64,000 nt of DNA from the human T2T-CHM13v2.0 reference genome, Homo sapiens, in the NCBI RefSeq assembly GCF_009914755.1, contig NC_060926.1; one strand, 5' to 3'. Under the pieces are notes generated by a model. The model was given only the letters and a program-made list of their open reading frames with translations, searched no databases and was not told where the DNA came from. The position numbers were made by a program, and so were the translations under genes. Position 1 is the first letter of the stretch, and each line of letters begins with the position of its first letter. This document shows positions 29,077 to 42,010 of this stretch, one piece after another.

Positions 29077-31751
29077 TTAGACTTTGTTGCACTGTATATT
29101 ATTAGGAATAGAGAAGAAACTGAACAATGATAAAGAAAATGTAACAATCTTAAATGCATATTTACATAACAAAGAGCTTCAGAATGCATTCAGCACAATA
29201 TATGTAGCTGAATGTAAAAACTGACAAATAGATGATTCTAGTTGGATATGAAAAATATGTCTTTTTCTATAGTTGACAGGTCAAATAGAAGAAAATCATT
29301 AATCATCTGGAAGAGCTGAACAACAAACACCATCAATGAACTTGATCAAATTGAAAGTTACACTGTATGAACATCAACAGAATATCCATTGTTTTCAAAG
29401 GCACATGGGATATCCACCAAAATGAACCATATTCTGGGTGATAAAACAAGCATTAACAGATGAGAAAATTGGAATAATGGAAAATATAGTCACTCAATAT
29501 AACAGAATAAAACTAGAAATTAATAACAGAAACATATATATATATCCCCAAATATTTGGAAGTTAAATACCACACTGAAAATAACCCATTTAGGTAACTA
29601 AATAACAAAAAAAAAAACTCATAGATAAGGTCACAAAAGAAATTTAAAAATATTATGAGTCCGAAGGAAATGTAAAGACAACATATACAATTTTGTGGAA
29701 TGCATCTGAAAGAGTGTATAGAGGGAAATTTATAGCATTAAATGTATATATTGGAAAAGAAGAAACAGCTCAAAACAATGATCTAAGCTTCTACCTTATT
29801 AAACTAGAAAACTAAAGGCAAATCAATCCCATGTTAATCAGGAGGAAGGAATAATGAAGAACAGAATTCAATCTAATTGAGAAGAAAAAACAATAGAGAC
29901 AATGAGTCAACACAAATATTTGTTCTTTGAATACAAGTCAGTAAAATTGATTTACCTCTAACTTATCCCCCCACACCTCCAAAAAAAGAAAGAAAAAAGG
30001 CACATATTATAAATACACGGAATGAAAGAAGGAACATCCCTACAAATAATAAAAGTGTATTACAAATAACTCTAGGCCTATAAATTTACCAGCTTAGATG
30101 ACAGACAAACCTCCATAAAATACACAAACTGCCAAATATGTTCAAGAGGAAATACATAACCTGAAGAGTTCTATGTCTATTAAAAGTTGGACTTGTAATT
30201 AAATACTTTCCAACAAGAGAAAATTTAGTCTTCTCTGGATTTTAGCAAGCATTAAAGAAAGAAGTAAAAAATTACTATACAAATTCTATACAAACATTTT
30301 TACAAAATTGATGGGCGAGAACACTCCCTAAATCCTTTTATGAGACCAGCATTCCCTGATGACAAAGCCAGATACTATAGAGACATTACAAGAAAAAAAC
30401 AACAGAGACTATTATTTCTCATAAACATTAATGCCCAAATTCTCCCACAAGATACTGTCAAATTGAATTCAACAATATATTAAATTATAATTATCCCTTT
30501 AGCAGCATTTTGACCTGCAATTATATTTAGAGGGAATATCCAATTTGATAATTAAATATAAGTTGTTACTAAATAATTATTTATTATAATTCGGAAACAG
30601 TCTAAAACCCAATGAAAAGAAACTGAATAAAATGTGCACTGTATACTAATATAAGCACACAAAAATAGCTTGCATTAATTATAAATATTTAAAAAATAAA
30701 TTTAATGATATAATAATACTATTAAAATTAAAAGCAATCTGCTAAATATTTAATTAACTGGTTACTTCTAGGTTCCAACTTTTCCTATTTTATTTATTTT
30801 CAAAAATATTGAGTGTGTATTATTTTATTGGGTTGAAAATATAATACATTTCATATAAAAGAAAATCTATCTGTACTTGATTATTTCAAAATATAATTTC
30901 AAAATCCCTACAATATGTAATCTATGTACAAGTCTGCAAGAACAACTTGTTTAAAATATCTCAGTTGGGTGTGTACTATTTTCCACATGAGATACCACTG
31001 TGCTTTTAAAGTTGCATCATACAATAAATTTAAAAGAGCAAATAAGACCAAAATAACATTGTAACAAAGCATGCATTATTTTTTCCTACATTATAGCACT
31101 ATAAGTACTAAAGCATATTATTTTATGTCTCTGTCAATATTTATTTTTAGCCAGGACTTATTATCAAAGATTTTACAGAAATTTGGCCAGGATTGGTGAC
31201 AACATGACTATTTTTCATCCTGTGGCCATGGCAGACATCACTGACTACTGAGCTCACATACAGCTTAAATATGCTTTTAACCACTAGTCTCTGGTGTTCA
31301 CTATGAATCATTCACTATCAAGATGCAATTTGAAATATATTTTCCATTCTTAATTAAAATAATGTTTGGATTATCTTCCTAATTATTTACAATTTGTTAG
31401 CAAATTTTCAAACAAAACTCTCAAGGTATGAACCATACCTATATTTTGTCTGAGCTAGCATACCATCTTTCGTCTATTTCAGTTACAAGATTAAGACATG
31501 TATTGTATACCTTTCTTATCAAACATTTTTTTACTTAAAAGATTATTGTTTTAAGAACAATTCAATGACTAAAATACAGCTTTGACTTTCAGGGTTCCTG
31601 TATGTTTACATAATTAATACTAACTCTAAGCAATGGGTATTCATTCTCCATTCACAGATGCCAAAAAATGTGAAAATGCATGAACTCTTAATGTATATGT
31701 CTGCAGAATTCTTATCCAAAAGGTTCATGCAACATAAAACATAGGCAATGG

Positions 31752-32074
<323 letters not shown>

Positions 32075-35000
32075 CATAGGCAAGGGGCAGAACCAAGCAG
32101 AAGCGGCTTCAGAGCAGTCAATGTAATGATCACAAAGTCCATTTTCCACAGCAGAAACATGTATTCATAGAATACTCCTTCAGATCTTACTCATAGTCTA
32201 TTGCTTTTATCAGATGATTTTGGTTGCTTTCCAATCCATAGCAAACAAGAAGCAGAAAAAATATGGAAGTAGAAGGGAAGCTCTGTGGACTATCATTACC
32301 TAGGCCCACTGTTGATGATGACGGCCTTCAGCATCGTCATGGACCCGGAGAGAAAATAGTCATTATAAAAATGCTTCCAATTTAGGAAGACAGAATAATG
32401 ATTTCTACTCTATTCTCCTTGCAGCCCAATGAAATTAACTAAAAGTTTGACAAATAGGAAAAAAAAGTATTTCATGAGGAGGAAAACCAGCATATATTCC
32501 AAAATACAAACAACCAACTATAAAGAATATTGGCTCATTATGTTGAAAATTGGAAAACCTCAGGAATGATTAGTAAAATTACTATGCAATACACAGAATT
32601 CTCTAAAAGTACATAGCACCACGCTGAATTGCTGAACCAATTTATTCTTGTGCAGAACTATTTCAAATATTTGAGGTGATTCTTCTGTATTTTAATTCTA
32701 CATCCCTAAATAAGATGATTCAGTTGCTATTTCTTAACTTTTCAGTTTTTAACATAACCGGTTAGTACTCCAAATTAAAAGATGAGGAATTAAACATAAT
32801 TTACCTCCTTCCCCACTGTCATCATGCACAAGTACCCCTTCTGTCTCCCGATCCTACCGATGTAATAACAACATTGTGGTTTTACATCAATCTTTAGTCT
32901 TTACATTACTGGGACAGTATAAATGCTCTTCACCGCTGAGCCATGTGGTATTCTCTGTCTGCTTTTTATTGGTTGCACACCTATTTAAAAATTGGCCCTG
33001 ATAATAATAATTATCTTGCTTCTTTGTTTGCTTAATTTTCTGTTTATTTATGACAAATTCAAAGTCACACCTTCTCCCAACATCCAAATCTGTATCATAT
33101 CAGATACTATATTAAGTTTTTATTTTTAAAAGAAATCATCAAAATACTTTCTGTTTTCAAGGAATTTTTAAAACTTTGTTCTAAAACTCTTCTAGTGTTT
33201 TAACTTTCCTGTTTCTGGAGAGATGACTAAAATTAAACTAATTATTTAAATGCAAACTTTTTTCCCTTTAGTAATTTATATATTCTTTTAATGTTCAGTG
33301 TTTACACATTTCTCAACGATATAATTTGGCTAAGCCTATTCTCATTTATTTTACTGTATATATGATGATGTTGGGGTCTTAAATGTAGAAACTCTTTCCA
33401 TTCTAGAAAATTGTCTTTTATTATTTCTTTGATTCTTTTATTGGTTATTTTTTCTACTTTCTTGATTCTAAAACTTTCTCATTTAGATACTAACACACTG
33501 ACTTTGTTCTCTAATTCTTGTATTCTTTCTCTGGCTTTTATTTATTTGTCCTTCTCATTCTGGGACAGTTTGTTAACTTTATCTTTTAATTATTCTATTG
33601 AGTTGTTATATTTATTTTATTATGATTTTTATTTCCAAGAACATGTTTATGTACAGATGGGCTAAGTCGATTATCGCACATTCATCTCTCCCAGCTTCCA
33701 GAATTCTATAATTGTTGTCTCCTTTCTTGGACTTTTTGCCTTTGTGAATCTATGCCATTAAAATATGCTTACTGGCATTTTAATGGGGTTTTGAAAGCAG
33801 TGGGGCTAATTATGTAATTTTTGATCATTTTTATTTACTTAAAATTCTCTCAAGTAAAATTTAACTTTTTAAAAAATTCTGTTATAGAACATCTGTCTTT
33901 TAACATAAGTTGCCTCAAATATTTTTTGAATGTACCACACATTAATATGTATCTATAATATGAATGTATATATATAGAATATGATAACATTGTCTTTAAC
34001 AATAAGAACTAGCATATTTAACAAATATCAGAACTTTTGATGAAAAAATAGTTTCAATATCAATTTTAAAATTATCTAAATGGATTGTCCTTTGAACAGC
34101 TTTGCTTCAAAAGGACTTGAAAATGTCTCTTACAAATACAACAGAACAAAACATCTGAAAGATCTGATACCTAATTAAGCAAACGTTTGTCCATTTCATT
34201 ATATACTATAGATCTGCACTGATGGAAACTTCGGGCATGAAATTAACCATTAGGCTTTGTATATTACTGGTAGAAGAGGCTGCTAGTTATCTACTTCAGT
34301 AGCAGATCTCTAAACATACAGGGCACAAATATTTTAACACACATCTGAAAATTAGTTTTCAGGTTTGCCTTTTTAAGAAACTAGTTGATTTTTAAAAATA
34401 GACTATTTGACCAAATAATCTACCCTGTATGAATGGAAGTCAAATTATGATAGAATTCCATGTAGTGATATTATATTTTAAAGTGTTCTTAATTTTTGTT
34501 TGTATTCCAATTCATACTCACACTAGTGATGAATTATGTGAAACCATTGCCCTAAAGTATTCTGCATGATCGTAGATTTCCTGCAGGGTGAGATCAATTT
34601 GCACTAGTTTTTTTTCCTCCTTCAGAACCAGTGTCTTTTAAATGGCATCCATATTTGCCTTCTCTCAGGTCCCACCTGAAGGCAGAAAATGAACTAACTG
34701 CAAGAACAAGGTACTAGCAGGACTTTTCTACCTAATACCTAGAAGCTTTGTTATTGATTGAAACCGTATATACCTCTTAACATCAGTTTGCTTTCAGCAG
34801 AAGCTTGTTTTCATTTTTGTAATGAAAGTATGTTATCTAATTATATACATTAATGTTCAGAACAAAGTGTAATTATTAACCTTTGGTATACTATTAGAAC
34901 CCATTTGGCCTCATTTTAGAGTTATTTCTTTTATGAATATCGCCTCCCCTTTATAACAATTAATATTTAATAACTTATTTTTTCTCAGTTTACAAAGAAA

Positions 35001-35197
35001 ATTCACTTTTTTTTCCATTGGAGTGAAATATTTTCTGTCTTAAAATTACTATTTGGGTCCTTTAGGTCACTTTATAAATCTAAGATAAGCTGTAAAATCT
35101 TAGTGCTCTTATTTTTTCCATATCAAATATTTTGCTCTTCTTTATTCTTAGAAATTACATCACATTATTCATCAATGGGGGCACATATACATGTGTA

Positions 35198-35498
35198 GAG
35201 TTGCTCTTCCGTATCCATGGGGGATTGGTTCCAGGATTCCTTCAGATACCAGCATGTACAGATGCTCAAGTCCCTCAGGTAAAATGGTGCAGTATTTGCA
35301 TGTAACCTAGGCACCTCCTTCCGTATACTTTAAAACATTTCTAGGTTACTTATAATGCCTAATACAGAGCAAGTGCTATGTAAATAGTTGTATACTGTAT
35401 TTTTTATTTGTATGATTTTCTATTGCTATTTTTTTTCTCTCAAATATCTGCATTTGGTTGACTCTTATGTGGAACCATGGATATGAAGGGTTGACTAT
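35198..35498. mobile_element. MER2
   Basis: gtatccatgggggattggttccagga, gatgctcaagtccct, gtatttgcatgtaaccta, aaccatggatatgaagggttgact. Confidence 0.85.
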
Positions 35499-35501
35499 GT
35501 T

Positions 35502-35505
<4 letters not shown>

Positions 35506-35544
<39 letters not shown>
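35506..35544. repeat. (TG)~19 microsatellite
   Basis: Seen directly. Confidence 0.95.
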
Positions 35545-35546
<2 letters not shown>

Positions 35547-35551
35547 TTAAA

Positions 35552-36840
35552 ACCACAATAAACATACGTGTGCATATGTCTTTATAGTAGAATGATTTAT
35601 ATCCCTTTGGGTATACACCCAGTGATGGGATTGATGGGTCAAATGGTATTTCTGGTTCTACATCCTTGAAGAAATGCCATCCTGTCTTCCACACTGGTTG
35701 AACTAATTTACATTCCCATCAACAATGTAAAGGCGTTCCTACTTCTCCACAGCCTTGCCAGCATCGTTTCTCGACTTTTTAATAATCGCCATTCTGGCTG
35801 GTGTGAGATCGTATCTCACTGTGGTTTTGATTTGCATTTCTCTAATTATCAGTGATGTTACGCTTTTTTTTCATATGCTTGCTGGTTGCATAAATGTCTT
35901 CTTTTGAGAAGTGTCTGTTCATATCATTTGCTCACTATTTGATGGGCTTATCTTTTTTTCTTGTAAATTTCTTTAAGTTCCTTGTAAGTTCTGGATATTA
36001 GACCTTTGTCAGATGGATAGATTGCAAAAATTTTCTCCCATTCTGTAGGCTGCCTGTTCACTCTGATGATAGATTATTTTGCTGAGCAGAAGCTCTTTAG
36101 TTTAATTAAATCCCAGTTGTCAATTTTGGCTTTTAAGCAATTGCTTTTGGCATTTTTGTCATGAAGTCTTTGCCCATGCCTATGTCTGAATGGTATTGCC
36201 TAGGTTTTCTTCTAGGGTTATTACGGTTTTGGTTCATACATATAAGTCTTTAATCTATCTTGAGTTAATTTTTGTATAATGCATAAGTAATGAAGGGTTC
36301 CAGTTTCAATTTTCTGCATATGGGTAACCAGTTTTCCCAGCACCATTTATTGAATAGAAGATCCTTTCCCCATTACTTGTTTTTGTCAGATTTGTCGAAG
36401 ATTAGATAGCGAAGTCATGGAACCAACCCAAATGCCTATCAACGACAGACTGGATAAAGAAAATGTGGTACAAATACATCACAGAATACTATGAGGCCAT
36501 AAAAAAGGAATGGGATCACATCCTTTGCAGGTACATAAATAATGCTGGAAGCCATTGTCCTCAGCAAACTAACACAGGAACAGAAAACCAAACACTGCAT
36601 GCTCTCACTCATAAGTGGGAGCTGAACAATGAGAACACATGGATACAGGGAGGGGAACACCACACACCAGGGCCTGTTGGGGGGTGAGGGAGGGCAGGGG
36701 GAGGGAATTTAGAGGATGGGTCAATAGGTGCAGCAAACCACCATGGCACACATATTCCTGTGTAACAAACCTGTACGTTCTGCACATATATCCCAGAACT
36801 TAAAGTAAAATAAAAAAATAAAATAAAATAAAAAATAAAA
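35552..36840 (+). mobile_element. L1PA10-12-like element with 5' inversion (antisense 35552-36410, sense 36411-36840)
   Basis: Antisense ORF2 3' region, then sense ggaaccaacccaaatgcc..gggtcaataggtgcagcaaaccaccatggcacac..aacttaaagtaaaa plus A-tail. Confidence 0.9.
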
Positions 36841-37421
36841 CTTTTGAGTTTGCTCTCTTTAAATTCTTATTAAAATGTTTTAAAAAGTTGATTTTCATGA
36901 TTTCTTCATTTTTACTTTATAAATTGTAAAACAACTTCCAGCATCAAGAGCTCATTGATGCATTCAGGCAGGAACTGAGCAAGTCAAATAATGCAGAGAG
37001 AAATACATTAAGGAGAGATAGGACTTTAATCTGCAGGAAAAAAATCCTACAGACAACAACTGTTCACAGCAGCAAACCCCTACATTTTATGATCTAGAAG
37101 AAGAAAATGGAGACAACCAGAAGGAGGGAAATACCAACCTACTCTGAAAGCCTTCAGACATGGCTCTGGTGGTAAGCTCTTTCCCTCTCTGTTTGCTGCT
37201 TTTTTCTGGCCTTTACAACAGAATGGAAGAGAATCATGTAAGAGTTCCTGTAACAATTATGCAGAAAATACTAAAACCCATCAGGCAAGATCACCACGCA
37301 CTGAAATATTTTCATGTCAAGATAAAATTGCAAATTTTCCACAATTCATTGCTAAAATAACGAGGAGAAAGGCTTAGGAAGTTTTTTTGCATAGAGTGCT
37401 GATAAAGAATTGAGCAAGTTT

Positions 37422-37726
37422 GGCCGGGCGCTGTGACTCACGCCTGTAATCCGAGCACTTTGGGAGGCTGAGGCGGGCAGATCACAAGGTCAGGAGATCG
37501 AGACCATCCTGGCCAGCACGGTGAAACCCCGTCTCTACTAAAAATACAAAAAAATTAGCCGGGTGTGGTGGCTGGCGCGCCTGTAGTCCCAGCTACTCAG
37601 GAGGCTGAGGCTGGAGAATAGCATGAACCCGGGAGGCGGAGCTGGCAGTGAGCCGAGATCGCGTCACTGCAGTCCAGCCTGGGCGACAGAGCGAGACTCC
37701 GTCTCCAAAAAAAAAAAAAAAAAAAA
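37422..37726 (+). mobile_element. AluY-like, inserted in ENAH retrocopy
   Basis: gatcacaaggtcaggagatcgagaccatcctgg; CpG-rich; TSD aattgagcaagttt at 37408-37421 and 37727-37740. Confidence 0.93.
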
Positions 37727-38702
37727 AATTGAGCAAGTTTGCTGTTGTATTGTAATGTTTCTCTCAGGTTTGTTCTTCCTATCATGTTTGATATTCCATG
37801 AATAATTGAGATCAGCCCTATGTAAGCTAAGATCATAATATGTGGAACAAATGGCATTGTAAGTGCTTTCAAAGGGTAATATTTATAAGAAAGTGACCTA
37901 AAAATGATTTCTTCAGCCTGAGGAATTATAGAATGATAGGAAGTCTCTCAAGTTAGCCTTCACGCAATTTCATAGATTAAAACATAACATTTGTCCAGAA
38001 TTTAAAGACTTACGTACCTTCCTAAATTGTTACAGTGCTTTACCGAATCTACGACTTCTACATCACACAAATCAGCGGTCAAATGTAAACAATATCTTGT
38101 AAATGTACTGTAGGTTTGCGACCTTTTTTAGATTTATGCGTGTGGATATGTTAATAATGTAGTTACAATCACCACAAAGTCAGCTTTTTAAATTGCAGAC
38201 AGTAGTGCATGTCACACTAACATGTAGTGGTCTTTTCGAGGCCTCATCCCAGGGAAAATATTTTGTAGAGTATAGGGGAGTGGGAGGAAGGGGAGGAATA
38301 ATCTTTTATTTAAAGTTGATTTCTGCACTATCTTTTACTCAATTGCCCGCATGAATAATAATGAGGAATATTTTGTGACTTTAACTGGTAAATATGTTAC
38401 AAAAGCAACTACTTAATCTTTTACATCATGTCTTCAGCTATTTGTATTTTAACGAGTAATTTCAATGGTCTGAGACATGATTCTGAGCTTCACATAATAT
38501 CTTACTGTGGAACCCAAAAGTTTGATCACTGAATTTGGCAGTTATTATTACCTAGGTACCCCTGTTTAGATACATGTTCCTGAATGAAGCTGCTTTTGAA
38601 TTTTGTTATGTCGAAATACAAGAAATAACAATGACGGCAGCAATTAAGGTAACAAATCATGACGTAAAGGAAAACCAATGAGGAGTTCTGCATTTTTCTT
38701 TT

Positions 38703-39001
38703 TTTTGTTTGTTTGTTTGTTGAGATGGAGTCTCACTCTGTCACCCAGGCTGAAGTGCAGTGGCAAGATCTTGGCTCACTGTAACCTCCACCTCCTGGGT
38801 TGAAGCGATTCTCCTGCCTCAGCCTCCCAAGTAGCTGGAACTACAGGCACGTGCCCCAACGCCCAGCTAATTTTTGTATTTTTAGTAGATACGGGGTTTC
38901 ACCATGTTAGTCAGGATGGTCTTGATTTCTTGACCTTGTGATCTGCCTGCCTCGGCCTCCCAAAATGCTGGGATTATAGGCGTGAACCACCGCACCCCGC
39001 C
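38703..39001 (-). mobile_element. AluSc-like, inserted in ENAH retrocopy
   Basis: caggatggtcttgatttcttgaccttgtgatc; TSD tgca(t/g)ttttctttt at 38689-38702 and 39002-39015. Confidence 0.92.
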
Positions 39002-41469
39002 TGCAGTTTTCTTTTAATAAGTAAAGTGAGACGTGGGTCATGGGAAGAACCAATTAGTCTCCCTGCCACCCTGTGAGTGTGTGCACTCACGCATGTGTTG
39101 TCTATATGTAAGCCACTCGCTTTTTTTTCCTTTGAAACTGGTAAAGTTAAAATAGGGGAGAAATCCTATATGTTGCAATGATAGCATTTTGGAAAATTTA
39201 AGAAATCAAACTCTCCATGTTCTCCATCTTGATTTATGCTTGAGTTGTTATGTGCCATATTTGCTTTGAATTCTGATTACCAGAAGTTTTACTAAATTTT
39301 TGAAGAAATAATTCACTTTCATCTGCTTTCTAGATTTTGTACATCTCAGTTCATAAAGCAAAGCTTGTTGATAGTGTAATTTTCTAAACACTGCAGATTT
39401 GCAGCCGTAACCACTACAAAGAAGTTTGGATGAGGGATTTTTTTTTCTTTGTTAAAATAGTTCCTGTTTCTGTAGAAATTTCATTTTTAGATTAAATTGT
39501 GATGGATTAACTAGCATAATTCAAGTATACTTTTCTTTTTTTTCTATTGGACACTCATTGTCATGCTGTAGTAGTAAAAACATTAAAGATGCAACAAGCT
39601 TATGAAGTACTATTTTCTAAACAAACAAACAGGAGGCATTTTCATCTTTGTTATTGTACTTTTGGTTATGCAAACACTTTGATAATATAAACAGTTATGT
39701 CCTCTATAAATCTGGCCAGAAACCTCTTTTGATTTTGTTATGTAAGTTAAATAGTCTATAGTAGGTAGAGTACTGGGTACAAGTGGTCCAAACTAAGATA
39801 AGAGACTAAAATAAAATGCTAAATCTTAAAAGAAACTGGGTAGATGCACTAAAAGTTTGGTGTCTTGGTCTAATATTAACATGATGTCTGTGTAAAATGA
39901 CAAAAAGAACCAGTGTTGAACCACACTGTATTTTCCATCATCTCAGATTGCTAAATGTGTTGTTTCCAAGAAGTCTGAATGAATGAATGAATGATTATAT
40001 ACATTTGCTGTCATGTATACGTGACAGTTGTGTCATTGTTAGAGATTTCAGTAATTAAAATGGGAAACAGAGGCTTAAGTTATTTTCCTTATCAAAAAAA
40101 ACCCTGAAAATAAAAAGGGTCTCATTGGATCCAGAGACTATTGTAACTAGTACACAGCAGTAAGCATTTATTAGGTTAGGGGTGGAGACACAAAGAATAA
40201 GCTGCATTTGCAAATACATTTATGTGTATCAGGGTTTGCAGATCAGCAATGTGAAACACCAATAGTATTGGTGGTGAGGAGGCCACCATCACACCCATTC
40301 ATTTGAAATATATGGTGCAGAATTCTTGCCCTCGGAGTCGGTAACTTTTGTCCTGACCTATGTTACTAATTTGTTTTATGAAAAAGAAATCAATTAATTG
40401 CCCTAGGCCCATTTATTCAGCTATAAAATGAGAATTTATATTAGAATCTGTGATAATCTATGGACAGCAAACAGGTAGGCTAAAAATTTTTCCTAATCTG
40501 AAAGGTGTTTTATTTGTGTAGCAGGTAAATAATAAGAAAAAAGTTCTTATTTGTCAAAGTCCACTCTTTATTATTTATACCTGATTAACTTTATTTATTT
40601 ACATCACTTACCTGGCCAATTAAGGCATTTAATTTTTGTGTGTGAATCTTCTCTGCTAGTAAAATCTTATGACTCAGCATACAATTTCTTTCATATCTTT
40701 AAATAATTTATAACTTGGTTTGGAACTATAACCCATTGGCCCTTGGAAAAAATAATCATAAACGCAAAGGAATAATTGGAAAAAAATAGATGAAGAAAAA
40801 GATTGCAGGGTAGAATTATCATTTATTAATATTTTTCTCATCAGTGTAATTCCATTCAAACCACTTATACAAAAAAAAAAAAAAAACAAAACAAAATAAA
40901 AAAAAAAAAACAATACCCTCCCTAGTGTTAAGGGCTCACCCAGAGAGAAAAAGTACACATAAGCTATTCTTTCAGTTTGCCTGTCTTCACCTTGCCCTTC
41001 GTTCAGACCACTCACATGATGCTATCTTGTCAGGAAGTTGCATTATTATTGCTTGAAACTCTGCTGCTTATTGTATAAGCTCCGAAGGGGCAGGGACCCC
41101 ACCCTTCCCCATCTCTACATTCACAGCACATAGCCAGTAAACTGCTATATTTTCAAAAACATTAATAAATGACTAGAATGTTTCATTCCCAAATGTTGTC
41201 TAAATGGAAAATATAAACCACCAGCATGTGGCTTAGATAGGTGGGATGACTGAATGACAATGATTTATCAGGGGAAGGTCAGTTGTTTGATGCGGACGCT
41301 CTAAGCTGAGGTGCAGGATGCGCTATCCATTGCTGCGGTAGGCCCTGTTAGGCTTCTCCAACATCTGCTTCCTCTACCCTTTGAACCCAGCTATGGTCGA
41401 GTGACTAATACAGGCATCTTAAAATGTGGATAAATGACCTTCTCAAGTCAGTAGAAGTCTTCAGGGCTA

Positions 41470-42010
41470 AGGCCTCTCAGCTTTGATCCCCCATTTCTAA
41501 TATTCTGTTCTGTGAGGCTGGGACAGGAATTCTGAAAACACTATTTCAGTTTTTGCAGTTTGCTTCCTGCTGGGCTGTGTCACTGTGGAGCCTCAGACAT
41601 GGCTCCTGGAGAGCAGGTGGTGGGAGGGGAGATTGGCCTCTTCTTGTGGATTTCTTCCCGTCAACAGCGCTCATGCTAAAGTTCCTCACTGCTAAAGCTG
41701 CAATTTGTTCCAATAGCAATGGGCTCCAGGTTCCAGAATTCCTACACACTTGCAGAAATTACGGGAGAGTGCCCGTCCCTCAAGTGCCTGACTCTCTGCT
41801 CTACAGGGTGCTCTGCAATCTCCTAGGTTCTGATAACCTCCGACATCTCCTTTTGTGCCCCAGTCCTAAATGCCAAGTGGCTTCCTGCAGTTTCTCTCTC
41901 ATTGTTATTCTCTCCCTGGTCCTTTTCCCTTTATAGTTCTCTATTTTTTATGTTAAATGGTCTCTCCAAATAACTGATGTGTTTTCCTCAACGAACCCTT
42001 GACTGAAGCA
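41470..42010 (+). mobile_element. LTR33-like (ERVL) solo LTR
   Basis: gaggctgggacaggaattctgaaaacactattt..gcttcctgctggg..ggagagcaggtgg; 3' tgttttcct..cccttgactga. Confidence 0.5.

Larger units (their letters stand above)
25300..30480 (+). mobile_element. Old L1M 5'UTR-ORF1-ORF2 N-terminal fossil hosting nested insertions
   Basis: ORF1 motifs gaaagaatcaatgaacttgaagat and attcaagagctgtgagac; ORF2 motifs aataaaactagaaattaataaca, agagggaaatttatagcattaaatg, ttttatgagaccagcattccctgat. Confidence 0.75.
36946..39906 (+). pseudogene. ENAH (retrocopy): 5'-truncated processed retrocopy of ENAH (Mena): C-terminal codons plus proximal 3'UTR
   Basis: 36948-36998 translates ELIDAFRQELSKSNNAE vs recalled ENAH C-terminus ELIDAIRQELSKSNTA* (stop TAG now GAG); followed by ENAH-like 3'UTR (aaggagagataggactttaatctg..ctactctgaaagccttcagac); degenerate TSD aaaacaacttccagcatc / aaaagaaccagtgtt. 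3' boundary approximate. Confidence 0.88.

Noticed and set aside
32295-32375. Possible minus-strand exon ending in AG/GTAATG
   Set aside because: No convincing acceptor, no recognisable peptide, no partner exons.
37160-37360. 66-aa ORF with signal-peptide-like start
   Set aside because: Lies in retrocopied ENAH 3'UTR; the hydrophobicity reflects T-rich UTR sequence.
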